A DNA stretch of 64,000 bases from Mobula hypostoma (Eukaryota), in assembly GCF_963921235.1 (NCBI RefSeq), contig NC_086097.1, positions 238,020,001-238,084,000 on the forward strand, in the 5' to 3' direction. Within the stretch, counting starts at the first letter, position 1. Each line of letters opens with the position of its first letter. The notes under the pieces were generated by a model. That model was not told where the DNA came from, ran no database searches, and saw nothing but the letters and a program-made list of their open reading frames with translations. Made by a program: the position numbers and the translations under genes. Below, piece by piece: positions 48,887 to 62,083 of this stretch.

Positions 48887-49782
48887 TGACACATAAAATA
48901 AGCAGCAAAATTGTACACACAAGTCTACACAGTCTAATAAAGACAGTTGTGTTGTGTGAGTTTCCTATAATAATGTCCTCATTATGCACAGGATAGGGGA
49001 GTGTATTGAAATGTTATGGTGACTGATAGCTTTGTGGGTCATATTGGGATATCATTCGAAGGGATGTTAATCAGAACATCTTCTCCAAGGATCTTCACCT
49101 CATCGTGATGAAGAGATTTATAAGTTCCTGAGATCCTGAAAGTGATGCTGCTAGGAACTTTGCTTGTGGTTGGGACATTCCTGACAAGGGGGAGATTCCA
49201 AACAATGAGCAATCCACCCAAAATCTCAGTGGTGGATCTGGTGAATCACGATGACACATCACAACGACTGTGAAGGTGGAGGAAGCCAGCAGCAGTGAAA
49301 GGTCCCCAATCATCGTGATTTCCATGCCACTGAACTCTGACCTCAATCTGTCATGGACTGTGTGGTGACTGCACATGCATCTGCCTCCCCATGTTAAACG
49401 AAGTCTTGCAAAGGAGTTTTTCATAAAGGGAATAACTCCTTGGGAGAACGTCATACTCAACTCAAGTGATTGCTCAAAAAAAGATCAGAACATGAAGTGC
49501 AGGACATGGGGGAAATCGGGTTGTATGGTTGTCAGGGAAAAAGATCGGGTCGGACTCCAGCAGGAAGCTAAAGATTAAATGATGGTGAGAGAGAGCAGGT
49601 TCAAGATATGACCGGAAAGTCTTCTACAGTAATGATGTGGGATCAAAGAGAGAGAATAAGTTTTCAAGCAGATGTCCCTGACAGAGAATTGACACTTCAG
49701 ATTCTATATAATAGATCAGATAAAGCTGGTGGTCTCTTTTAACATTCATAGACTACAGGTCAGCAAATGTCTTGACATAAAT

Positions 49783-50048
49783 GGGGCATAGTGGTTCACA
49801 CAATGCTTTACAGTAGAGGTTCGATTCCCGCAACTGCCTGCAAGGAGTTTGTACATTCATCCTGTGAATGTTTGGGTTTCCTCTGGGAGCTCTGGTTTCC
49901 TCCCATAATCCAAGGATGTACCGGTTGATAAGTTAATTGGTCATTGTAAATGATCCTGTGATTACCCCAGGATTAAATCAGGGGTTGCTGGGCAGTGCAA
50001 CTCAAAGGGCTGAAAGGACCTAGTTCACATTGTAGCTCAATAAATAAA
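49783..50048 (+). mobile_element. V-SINE-like element
   Basis: GGTTCGATTCCC B-box, GGGTTTCCTCTGGG.GCTCTGGTTTCCTCCCA, TCAATAAATAAA tail; second copy 58152-58394. Confidence 0.75.
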
Positions 50049-51019
50049 TGACAGCAAACGAGCACTGCATCCATTTCCTACACTGCATTATGTCTAACTG
50101 TCACAACATCTACAGCAAATAAGTTTTTCAAATTATTCAAAGTGCTAAGTTTTAGCAACTATATTCCTTCACATAGAACATAAAATAACTTGCTTTTCAG
50201 AGGAATTTCTTGCTCAATGTCATTGTCTGAAACAAGTGTTTAAACAAATTTTGTGGAAATCACAGTCGATAATAATGCATTTGATTTGCTTTGCTTGCCA
50301 ATTCAATTTCTTCAAGCCTCTTTGAGCTCCCAAGGTTAATTTTGTGAAACATCTCAGCCTGTTATAATTACCTCCAACCACACACTATTAAAGTTGTCAA
50401 GGAACATAAAACTCTGACTAAAGATTTTTGTACAAAGTATTGCAAGATAATAAACTATTTTAAATATTTGCCAGAATTCAACCCATGTGTTATCTGTCTT
50501 GAAAACGAACATAGTCTTCCACCATATTTATTTTTGACAGCATACTCAATATATTTTTCCTGATATTAATTTGTTTCTTCCAGTTTCCAAATGTCACACA
50601 TCCATGTATTCCTTTTAAAGCAGATTACTCATGAATGTCTTTATCAGTTTTATACGAAATTAATTCAAGCATCTCAAATCCAGTCTCCTCTGGATGTGGA
50701 ATTAAATTATTGTTACAACAGAGCAGCCAAACAAAGGCTTCAGCTTTATCTGCTTTTTTTATTATTTAATTTTTCTTTCATTCAGTTGAATGTAAATGTA
50801 TCTCACTGTCGGACTTAGTCTTAGGGTCTAACTGTCAAGATGAGCTTCTGTCTCCTGCACTAATCTTAAATTTCTGTTTGCTTCATGGTGAACAATTCAA
50901 ATTCGTGCATTAAATTATGACACATTATTGAAACTGACAATAAAGTGCTTTTATTTTGAACACCAGCTCTTGGAATATGCTTGGATTCCAAACTTTGAGG
51001 CCATACTCGAGTTGGAGGA

Positions 51020-51530
51020 GCAACATCTCATAATCCATCTGAGTATGAGATGGACTATGAGTCTGGGTCTGTCCATCATGCCTACCTGATGGCATGAACA
51101 TCAATTTATCTAACTTACAGTATTCACCCCCACCCAAACTTTTTACCCTCCCTGCCCCTTTGATCCTTGCCTTCCCATTCTGGCTACCCTGCAACCTCAT
51201 CTTTTCACCTCACCTGTGCATCCACTCCCTCCTTCCCCACTGTTCTCCCCTATTAGATTCCTTCTTCTTCAGCCCTTTACTTCTTCCTCCTATCACCTCT
51301 CAACTCTTTAATCATCCCTCCCCTTTCACACGTATCCCCTTCCTCTTAACCTGGTCTCACCAATCACCAGCTTGTACTCTTCCCCTTCCCTACACCAGCC
51401 CTTATCCTTTTCAGTCCTGGTCTGAAATACAACCATTTATTCCCTTCTATAGATGCTGCCTGACCTGCTGGGTTCCTCCAGCATTTTGTGTTTGTTGCTT
51501 CAGATTTCCAATATCTGCAGAATCTCTTGT
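51020..51530 (+). mobile_element. Old Penelope-like 3' fragment
   Basis: LEEQHLI..L...PDGMNINLSN then pyrimidine-rich repeat and tail. Confidence 0.75.
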
Positions 51531-53265
51531 GCCCAGATTTTCCATCACTAGTATTTGTAACATTCACTTTCTTCTATTTGGCTGCTGTATACAGTGTATT
51601 TACCATTTTTATCCCTCAGTGCAAAAACCAACTGTTGAAAAACTCAGTGAATCAAGCTTCACTGAAACATCGACCTCGACAAATATGGCATCACCCACGT
51701 GGCCCCGCCCAGCAGTTTTTTTTTCTTATTCCTCAATGTCTTAGGGAAAGACATACTCCATTAATGTATTCAGTGGCTCTGACGTTGACCATCGTGAAGT
51801 GCTTTGAGAGGCTGGTCGTGTTTTGTATTAACACCAACCAAGACAGCATTGTCACACAAGAATCCCTCTTCTCCAGGTGTGTAAGGCCGGTGTGTAGAGC
51901 TGTGGCTATTGCGTCATCTATGTATATTGAAGTCAAAGGTTGATAGATCCTTGATTAGTCAGGGCACGAAGGGATATGGGGATGAGGCAGGAGACTGAGA
52001 AAATTGGAGTGGAGATGAAATTCATCAGCCATGATGAAATGGCGAAGCAGACTCGATCGGTCAAATGGCCTAATTCTGCTCTTATATCTTATGGTCTAAA
52101 TGCATGCTTTTACCATCAAGACTAGATTCTTAAAGAAGATTTGATGAATTATTTTTTTCTGCATTTGACAGGGAGATACATTATTTTATGAGGATGATCT
52201 TTTATTCGTAGAAATTTTAGCTGGCATTCTTATCTTAAATCACGTTTGACCAAAAATTTCTTCACTTGAAAATCCTTCAATAAACATTTCAACAAAATTA
52301 TTACATTTCTAAGATATCTTGAATCTTGACATTACAATCTACCTTGTTATTATCATGCACCTTATTGTTTACCAGCACTGCGCTCTCTGTAGCTGTTGAA
52401 CTTTATTCTGCATTCTGTTATTGTTTTACCTTGTGCTACCTCAGTGCACTATGTAATGAATTGATCTACATGAACAGTATGCAAGACAAGCTTTTTCCAC
52501 TGTATCTCAGTACATGCCCCAATATTAAACTAATTTCCATTCCACTTCTAATGGCAAATATCACCCAAGAAAAATGATGACATTTCACATAGCTGTAACA
52601 CAGAGGGCTGATTCAAACACAAATTGCAGTTTAAATCTTGAAAACTGATGAAGGTAGATTTTTGTTCTAAAGAAGAATTGCTCGGGCTCAAACAAGCCTG
52701 TCTTTACTGATAGGATTTGTAATGACCTGCCACAATTCTAGTCTTTTAAACTAACATTACTTTAACTTTTCTCCTGCTCTTATTCCGATAAGGTGAAGAT
52801 ACAAGAGTAAAGAAAGCAATATGATTTACAATCATAAGACAAGGGAGCAAAATTAGACCAAAAGGCCCATCGGGTCTGCTGCACCATTTCATCATGCCTG
52901 ATTTATTACACTTCTCAACCTCGTTCTCCTTCCTTCTCCCTGTAACCTTTACTAATCAAGAAACTATCACCCTCCACTTTGCATATATACTTGGCCTCCA
53001 CAGCTGTCTTAGGCTATGACTTCCACAGATTCCCTTCTGGCTAAGGAAATTCCTCCTCATTCTAGACTCTTTCATTATAGGAAACATTCTTTCCACATCA
53101 CTCTATCTGTACTTTTCAATATTTGATAGGTTTCAAAGAGATCTCCCCTCGTTCTTCTAAACTCCAGCCTTCTGAAAAACCAAGTGATAAAGAACATTGC
53201 CAAGCAACACACATCAAAGTTGCTGGTGAACGCAGCAGGCCAGGCAGCATCTGTAGGAAGAGGTA

Positions 53266-53303
53266 CAGTCGACGTTTCAGGCCGAGACCCTTCGTCAGGA
53301 CTA
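53266..53303 (-). ncRNA. Minimal type I hammerhead ribozyme motif
   Basis: UAGUC-CUGACGA-A-GGGUCUCGGCCU-GAAA-CG-UC/GACUG. Confidence 0.75.
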
Positions 53304-54935
53304 ACTGAAGGAAGAGTTAGTAAGAGGTTTGAAAGTGGAAGGGCGAGGGGGAGATCCAAAATCATAGGAGAAGACAGGAGGGGGAGGAATGGAGCCAAGA
53401 GCTGGACAGGTGACTGGCAAAGGGGATATGAGAGGATCTCGGGACAGGAGGTCCGGGGAGAAAGACGGGGGGGGGGGAACCCAGAGCATGGGTAAGGGGT
53501 ATAGTCAGAGGGACAGAGGGAGAAAAAGAAGAGTGAGAGAAAGAATGTGTGTATAAAAATAAATAATGGATGGGGTACGAGGGGGAGGTGGGGCATTAGC
53601 GGAAGTTAGAGAAGTCAATGTTCATGCCATCAGGTTGGAAGCTACCCAGACGGAATACAAGGTGTTGTTCCTGCAACCTGAGTGTGGTTTCATCTTTACA
53701 GCAGAGGAGGCCATCGATAGACATGTCAGAATAGGAATGGGATGTGGAATTAAAATGTGTGGCCACTGGGAGTTCCTGCTTTCTCTGGCGGACAGAGCGT
53801 AGGTGTTCAGCAAAGCGGTCTCCCAGTCTGCGTCAGGTCTTGCCAATATATAGAAGACCACATCGGGAGCACCGGATGCAGTATATCACCCCAGCCGACT
53901 CAGAGGTGAAGTGTTGCCTCACCTGGAAGGACTGTCTGAGGCTCTGAATGGTGGTAAGGGAGGAAGTATAAGGGCATGTGTAGCACTTGTTCTGCTTACA
54001 AGGATAAGTGCCAGGAGGGAGATCAGTGGGGAGGGATGAGCGGGACAAATAGACAAGGGAGTTGCGTAGGGAGTGATCCCTGCGGAAAGCAGAGAGCGGG
54101 GGAGGGAAAGATGTGCTTAGTGGTGGGATCCCGTTGGAGGTGGCGGAAGTTACGGAGAATAATATGTTGGACCCAGAGGCTGGTGGGGTGGTAGGTGAGG
54201 ACAAGGGGGAACACTATTCCTAGTGGGGTGGGGGGAGGATGGAGTGAGAGCAGATGTGCGTGAAATGGGGGAGATGCGTTTGAGAGCAGAGTTGATGGTG
54301 GAGGAAGGGAAGCCCCTTTCTTTAAAAAAGAAGGACATCTCCCTCGTTCTGGAATGAAAAGCCTCATCCTGAGAGCAGATGCGGCGGAGACAGAAGAATT
54401 GCGAGAAGGGGATGGCATTTTTGCAAGAGACAGGGTGAGAAGAGGAATAGTCCAGATAGCTGTGAGAGTCAGTAAGCTTATAGTAGACATCAGTGGATAA
54501 GCTGTCTCCAGAGATAGAGACAGAAAGATCTAGAAAGGGAAGGGAGGTGTCGGAAAGGGACCAGGTAAACTTGAGGGCAGGGTGAAAGTTGGAGGCAAAG
54601 TTAATAAAGTCAACAAACTCAGCATGCGTGCAGGAAGCAGAGATGCCCCATCTCCCCCTCGTACCCCATCCGTTATTTATTTTTATACACACATTCTTTC
54701 TCTCATTCTCCTTTTTCTCCCTCTGTCCCTCTGACTATACCCCTTACCCATGCTCTGGGTTCCGCCCCCCCCGTCTTTCTCCCCGGACCTCCTGTCCCGA
54801 GATCCTCTCATATCCCCTTTGCCAATCACCTGTCCAGCTCTTGGCTCCATCCCTCCCCCTCCTGTCTTCTCCTATCATATCGGATCTCCCCCTCCCCCTC
54901 CCACTTTCAAACCTCTTACTAACTCTTCCTTCAGT

Positions 54936-54973
54936 TAGTCCTGATGAAGGGTCTCGGCCCGAAACGTCGACTG
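54936..54973 (+). ncRNA. Minimal type I hammerhead ribozyme motif
   Basis: UAGUC-CUGAUGA-A-GGGUCUCGGCCC-GAAA-CG-UC/GACUG; predicted cleavage after C54968. Confidence 0.8.
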
Positions 54974-56676
54974 TACCTCTTCCTAGAGATGCTGCCTTGC
55001 CCGCTGCGTTCACCAACAACTTTGATGTGTGTTGCTTGAATTTCCAGCATCTGCAGAATTTCTGTTGTTTGAAGAACATTGCCAACTTTCCTTCGTCTAT
55101 CCTATCTGTTATTTCCTCAACATTTTCTAACAGACTTGTCAGGCAAAGATTTCCCTTAAGGAAACTGTTTCTATCCTATGCCATCAAATTTCTCCCAAAA
55201 ACTCCAGCCATTACTGCCTGGCCATCATCCCAGTCAGTGTCCCCTTCCAACCAAGTTTGGCCATCTCTTCTGTCATGCCCCGATAATTCTCATTACTCCA
55301 CAGCAATAATGATACATCTGATTTTAGCTCCTCCCTTTCAAATGGAACTCTACCATATTATGATATTCCCCTCCTAAAGGTTCCTTTGTCTTAAGTGCCC
55401 ATCAAATTGTGTTCATTACACAACAGCCAGTACAGAATGGCCTTTTCCCGACTGGGTTCAACCTTTAACAAAGAGAACATTTCAAATTAAATACAAGTAT
55501 GAGAACCGAAGGATCCGAACACAAAATATTTTTCTTTGGAGCTGTAGGCCAATGCTGACAAACAACCTCGTCTATTAAAATAATTGGTTTTGGTGCTGAC
55601 TCTTTGCTTTGGCAAAATACAAAAGATATAATATTCTACTGAGTCAACATGCTTTTAGCCTTGGATTTGATCAAACTCACTGAGTGATTGCTGGTCATTA
55701 AATCTCATCAATTTCTCCAACTACCAACCCATCCAGGTCTGGGACTAATCCTTCTGCCAGACTCTTCCCTCCCTCAAAAAAAGGAGAACACACTGGAAAT
55801 ACTCCACAGGCCAGGCCATCACCATGGCAGGAGAAGCAACTAACATTTCAGTTTGAAATCCATTCATCAGAACAACGAAGGAGAAAAAAGATAATTATTC
55901 AGCAGCACAGAGGGTGGGGCTGCAGGGATGTCTCTGACAGGGTATGTTTTTGGGGAAAAGTAGTGTAGACTAATAACTAGCAACTAGTATATTGTGCAAA
56001 TGTCGTAACAAGAAACCACAAACAAAGCCTCAAAGGAGAGACATAGAATGTAGTATTGAGAACATTCAGGTTTGCGGAACTTCATTAATTATGTCATAGT
56101 ACACACACGTTATTGAAGTAGAAAATTGGATTTAATCTTAGACCTGTGGATAATCATTTTATTCTGTAATCAGGACCTAGTCTGTTACTTAATCAAGTCT
56201 TCTTTCTGTTATCAAAATGTAGTTTTACTGGTAATCTCATCATCTGAGAATGTAAAATCTGTACCAAATCCATGCTCATCCATTGCTATTTCTTTAACGT
56301 GTTATTTATACATGCACTGGTTTTGTACTTTCTTTCAAGTTCTGAGCATAGCACTCTCTCTGCTACTGTTTCTTTAAATGAATAATACCTGTGCTTGAAT
56401 TCCAGCCTCAGGTTCTTTCAACCATTTGTTTTCATAATGCTTCACAGCTACAGAGAGCTCAACTGCAAATCCTTCCCATGAGTCTCAAATTTTTGCATTT
56501 ATACTCTGTTCTGGAAAGGTGACAACAGTTTCCAGCTTCTCCTCTACGACAGCAGAATTCCTCCCATCAGTGTTGAAATAAAACAGTTAGCTAGCCCAAA
56601 GATGAGAAATTATGTCTATGGTTTGACAGCCAGTCTTGTATCATATTTCTAAGAATAAGGGTTAGGGTCAGAGGGA

Positions 56677-57226
56677 TAGAAACGTAGAAAATAGATGCAG
56701 GAGTAGGCCATTTGGCCCTTCGAGCCTGCACCGCCATTCAGTATGATCATGGCTGATCATCCAACTCAGAACCCTGTACCAGCCTTCCCTCCATACCCCC
56801 TGATCCCTTTAGCCACAAGGGCCATATCTAACTCCCTCTTAAATATAGCCAATGAACTGGCCTCAACTGTTTCCTGTGGCAGAGAATTCCACAGATTCAC
56901 CACTCTCTGTGTGAAGAAGGTTTTCCTCATCTCGGTCCTAAAAGGCTTCCCCTTTATCCTTAAACTGTGACCCCTCATACTGGACTTCCCCAACATCGGG
57001 AACAATCTTCCTGCATCTAGCCTGTCCAATCCCTTTAGAATTTTATGCATTTCAATCAGATCCCCCCTCAATCTTCTAAATTCCAGCCAGTATAAGCCTA
57101 GTCGATCCAGTCTTTCATCATATGAAAGTCCTGCCATCCCAGGAATCAACCTGGTGAACCTTCTTTGTACTCCCTCTATGGCAAGAATGTCTTTCCTCAG
57201 ATTAGGGGACCAAAACTGTGCACAAT
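56677..57226 (-). mobile_element. Young 5'-truncated CR1, close relative of 839-4846
   Basis: ORF 56766..57149 nearly identical to the ORF2 C-terminus. Confidence 0.93.
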
Positions 57227-57228
57227 AT

Positions 57229-57650
57229 CGTTTGATGGCTCTGTGCCTGTGTTCACTAGAGGTTAGAAGAACTGGGGTGGGGGTTGGTACTTTATGAAAA
57301 ACCTATCGAATATTGAAAGGCCTAGATAGAGTGGATGGTGAAAGAATGTTTTCTGGTCAGGAAACCAGGACCAGCGGAGTCTTGGACCAGAGGGCACAGC
57401 CTCAGAATAAAGGGTCATTCATTTGGAGTGGAAGTGAGGAGGAGTTCCTTTTGCCAAAGAGTGGAATTCATTTCCACAAGCTGTTGGGTATATTTAAAGC
57501 AGAGGTTGATAGGTTTGTGATTTGTAAGAGCATCAAAAGTTATTTGGATAAGGCAGGAGAATGGGGTTGTGAGGGATAATAGCCGTGATGGAATGGCAGA
57601 GCAGACTGATTAATTCAATGGCCAAGTTCTCCTCTGATGTCTCATGGTCA
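57229..57650 (+). mobile_element. Old CR1 3' fragment
   Basis: LKGLDRVDGERMF..GHSLRIKGH. Confidence 0.8.
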
Positions 57651-58151
57651 TCACATGATATGAGGGATTTCGGATCGATGGCTTCCAATCTTCATTTTTG
57701 GAAGTGAGTCAGTAGTTTCCTTCCTATAAAACACCTTTTTGCGATTTTTTTGCATACATCTCAGAGATTTTGAGAAATACCTGCCCAGATAGTTTTTCAA
57801 TAGAGCTTTCTGATGACTTAGAAATATGATCTGGTGTTTATTTTTTGTTTAAGTATCTAAAATTTGGCCACTAAAGGTAAACAGGACTTCCTTGAGATAT
57901 TAGATGCAGTTGTTACCCAAGTATGAGGGACACTGCTGGGCAGAAGTGACATCAGCAGCAAAACTATGCTCTTTTAATATGCTTAACATGAAATAAGGCT
58001 TTAGAACACAGGCCCTAACAGAAGCAAGCATGTTGTAAGCAAGGAAGGAAACAGGCCTGTTCATGTACTCCTTAAAGAGATTGTGTCGATTTGCTTTATT
58101 GTTGGAGAACTCATGACAAAAGATAGTCCTGGACTCAGTTCAGTGGCTTAC

Positions 58152-58394
58152 AATGGGGCACAATGCTTTACAGTAACAAGGACCCAGGCTCAATTCCCAC
58201 AGGAGTTTGGACGTTCTCACTGTGAGCACGGGGATTCCCTTCAGGTGCTCTGGTTTCCTCCCACAGGACCGGTTGGTAGGTTAATTGGTCATTGTAAATT
58301 GTCTTGTGCTTAGGCAAGGTTAAATCGAGGGTTGCTGGGTGGTGTGTCTCGAAGGGCCGAATAGCCTATTCTGCACTGTATCTCAATAAATAAA
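58152..58394 (+). mobile_element. V-SINE-like element
   Basis: Homologous to 49783-50048. Confidence 0.72.
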
Positions 58395-59424
58395 TACATG
58401 GATTGTTATCAGGTTTTCTACTTCTGTTTCTTTATTGGAGGTAGGCGCTCTGATCTCTCTCTTCCCCTCTACCTCTATCACCATGGTGTGCAATACAAAA
58501 TCATAAAAGCAAAGGTACAGAGGTAATAGAGTGTAAAACACAGAAATGTGTGTGTCATCGCATGCTGCGTCCATGCTGGTCTTTTTCCCATCTACAGTAA
58601 TTCTACCTGTCTACGTTAAGTTCATTCTTTCTAAGACTTGCCAATTCAAGTGCCTGTCTAAATGTCTCTTAAATATTTTCGTTGCATCTAATCCCACTAC
58701 CTCCTCTGGCACTGAGTTTCAGTTTCATTCTGTGAAAGAAACTTTCTGCTTAAATCCCCTTCAAAATTCCTTTTTCAGAATCGGAATCAGGTTTACTATC
58801 ACTGCATGGGTCGTGAAATTTGTTTAACTTAGCAGCAGCCTTTCAATGCAATACATAATACAGAAGAAGACAAAAATAAAGAATAAAATAATAATAATAA
58901 ATAAGTGAATCAATTACAGTATATGTACATTGAATAGATTAAAAATCATGCAAAAAAAACCCAGAAATAATATATATTAAAAAGATGGGGTAATGTTCAT
59001 GGGTTCAACGTCTATTTTGGAATCAAATGGCAGAGGGGAAGAAGCTGATCCTAAATCATTTCTCGTCTTTATGTCAGCCCTGCTGTTTTGATAACCCTAC
59101 CATGAGAAGGATGGAGGGGTGGAGATAACATTTCTACCAAAGGATATATAAGGAGCTTCTTTCTTCCACTAGCTTGCAGGTCACTCTTGGGCAAAGTGTA
59201 ACTCCTGCTTGTTAGTCCCCCTGATCAAGGTCACGGGAAACCATGGGAGCAGGTGGTGGATGGTCGTACGAGCAGCTGGTGCATATCGCAAGTCCTAGCT
59301 AAGTCACAGCATCTTTACTGATGCCAGACAGACAATCTCTGAAGAATATTGATCATGAGTGGGGGTCACCTGTCTTGTAAAGACACTGCCCTGAAGAAGG
59401 ATAAAAAAATTTTCAAAAACAATC

Positions 59425-60086
59425 TTTCGGTGTAATCAAGAAATTGGTACTTTCTTCCATTCTACTCGGTCTTGTTTCAAAATTCAACCTTTTTGGATAA
59501 ATTTAAGAGTTTTATTGGAACAAATTATTGGAACACAACTTCCACATAACCCAATATTATTTTTATTAGGTGACATTGAAGGGATAAAACTGAAACTTAA
59601 ATTGAATAAATATCAGAAAGAATTTATAAAAATTGCATTGGCAGTAGCCAAAAAGGCTATTGCAGTTACTTGGAAATTGGATTCGTATTTAAGTATGGAT
59701 CATTGGAATAATGAAATCTTTAGCTGTATTCCACTTGAAAAAATTACTTATAACTTAAGGAATAAATGTGATACATTTTTGAGTATTTGGCGCCCTTATT
59801 TACAAAAGATGGGATTGTATACATAGGTGCTCCGATGATAAAGATGTTGGTCCTCTGGGGAAAGAAACAATTACATATATTAAATTTATTTTGAATCCCA
59901 TGGAGCATGTGGAGATCCTCCAATTTCCAGGCAGTCTTTCTTTCTTTCTTTCCTTTTTTTTCTGTTTTTTTCCCTTTTTTTTAAGGGAGGGGTATGTTAT
60001 GGGGGGAAAGGTTAAGGGGAGGGGGGGAAGTAGATATTATTTTATGTAATTAAATTTGAACATTGAATTTAAAAAAATTTTAAAAA
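59425..60086 (+). mobile_element. 5'-truncated L1-clade LINE (ORF2 C-terminus, 3' UTR, A-rich tail) inside a SINE-like element
   Basis: FRCNQEIGTFFHSTRSC..FW (Cys-His knuckle remnant), AKKAIAVTWK, LEKITY, F..IWRPY; approximate TSD AA(A/G)AACAATC at 59415-59424 and 60087-60096. Confidence 0.85.
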
Positions 60087-60435
60087 AAGAACAATCACAG
60101 TCAAAAGACCATGATCGCCCACATCAATGACACAGCACATAATGATGATACTGAGGACCATGAGAAAAAGATGCTGACTATCAACTCTGTCTATGCCTCT
60201 TATAATTTTACATACTTATATCAAGTCATCCTTCAGTCTCATTCATTCCAGAGAAAACAAGACTACCCTATCCAATATCTTCTACGACTGCACTCCTGCA
60301 ATCCAGCTCACATTATGATGAATCGACTCTGTAATCCTTCCAGAGCAACCATGACCTTTCTATTCTATAGTATGGTGACAAGGGGTGCACATGGTACTCC
60401 AAGTACAGTCTAACCTGTGTTGTGTAAAGATGCAA

Positions 60436-60508
60436 TAGACAATAGGTGCAGGAGTAGGCCATTCGGCCCTTCGAGCCAGCACCGCCATTCACTGTGATCA
60501 TGGCTGAT
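60436..60508 (-). mobile_element. CR1 extreme 3' tail, among older CR1 remnants (60155-61085)
   Basis: TAGACAATAGGTGCAGGAGTAGGCCATTCGGCCC. Confidence 0.8.
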
Positions 60509-62083
60509 CTCATGGCTAAATGCAAGAAGACATTAACTTATATATTCTGAACCCTGATCTATGAAGGCATCTTTACTACCTATCTTCTTGTATTGCTACT
60601 TTGAGAATTATTAACTTGAATTTCGAAGTCTTCTGCTCATCAAAATTCCTATATAGCCTACCATTCACAGTACATGTCTTCCCTCTGTCTGTCACCTCAC
60701 CTCACACTTACTGGAATTAATTTCCATCTGCTAACATTCTTCCCAACTCTTTATCTAATCTAAGTTCTGCTGCAGAGCAACCTCTCTTGCTCTCCACAAC
60801 ACCATCTACTTCCACATCATCTGCTTAATCACAAATCTTTCCTCCTACATTTACATTCAAGTTGTTTGTAAGTATCACAAACAAGGGTCTCAGTACTGAT
60901 TCCTGCAGTACACGATTGGGCATCAACCAATGGAAGGAACTGTACTGTGCTGTACTGTTCTCTGTTCCTCCACAATCTTCTGCCTCCGATCACCAAACCA
61001 ACTTTGAAACCCACGTGCCTTACCCTTCATGGCCAGCCAATCATGTGAGACCTTATCAAATGTCTTGCTAAAAGCCAAGTACACAATGACAATGGAAGCC
61101 AGCAGCTCTGCAAATCAGGTGATGTCAAACTGGTCTACTCTTTGCACTGTCATTCCACTTTCAAGCCCAGTTGCAAATGATGCAGATGCAGCCTCAAAAA
61201 ATTGCAAGTGGCTGATCGGCACAAACATGTAAAAGATCTGTGAATTATGCTAGCCTGGCAGACATAGTCTTGTGTGCAAGATACCGAGTTCACAAACAAA
61301 ATACCCCAAGTGAAACTGGATCACCTTGCCAATTTGGTACTTTTTTTTCTTGCTATATCTCTTCGTCTTGCAAATATTTTTTCAAATATATATCAAATTC
61401 ACTCACTTGTTAATTTAATTTCTTTGCAGCGCTTTTTCAGACAGTGTGTTTTAAAGCCAATGTCATGTAAAAACGAAACAATTTCTTGTTCGTTCTTTAA
61501 ATATGGTAACCATCACTTAGGCAATTGAAATTTCATTTTTGTAATTAACTTCACTAGATCCATAAAGGTTGCTCCCACTGCATAGGCATAAATGAAGATG
61601 GAATATTAAGCCTGGAAAATGGGAACAACAATGAAGAATGCCTTCTCTAAACACTGGAAAATCAATTAACTCAAAACAAGCAGACTGGCACCCGGTTTAT
61701 CTTTCATTAACTTTTCACTGAACACATATCTTTTTCTTTATTTTAGAGGATTTTTAATAATTCTGCAAGCAACTGTAGAAATGAAGCTAATATATACTGA
61801 CCATAAACATAAGAAGGTCTGCAGATGCTGGAAATCCATTCATTTCCATAGATGGTGCCTGATCTGCTGAGTTCTTCCAGCATTTTGTGTATGTTACTCT
61901 GATATCTGCTGTCAACATTTGGACTAGACACTGTAGTGCATGTCAAATCCCATGTTGAAACAGTGCAACCAGAGAGTTCATGTCAGTTTCATATAAGGCT
62001 TGCTGACTCTGACAACTTCTGATGAGATTGGGTCCATCTAAAGGAGAGCTTGGTAGTCCCTTAATCAGCAGGGGTGGTAAAGG

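Larger units (their letters stand above)
53204..55071 (-). mobile_element. Penelope-like element (RT thumb + GIY-YIG, 53204-54642 -) with inverted terminal repeat copy (54643-55071 +) and 14-bp TSD, nested in a decayed CR1 (52830-55460 -)
   Basis: FHPALKFT..SLPFLDL..TDVYYK.TD..YLDYSSSHP..K.AIPFSQF; GVIYCIRCSRCGLLYIG; AAGAACATTGCCAA at 53190-53203 and 55072-55085. Confidence 0.95.

Noticed and set aside
49090..49450. RTE-like leader, possibly with an HDV-like ribozyme (also 26505-26810)
   Set aside because: Resemblance is by eye only, and I could not build the nested double-pseudoknot pairing.
54589..55377. Long ORFs such as 54589..55377, 51094..51744, 9943..10653, 14879..15418 and the antisense ORFs over CR1
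   Set aside because: They run across low-complexity Penelope repeats or are antisense shadows of TE coding sequence.
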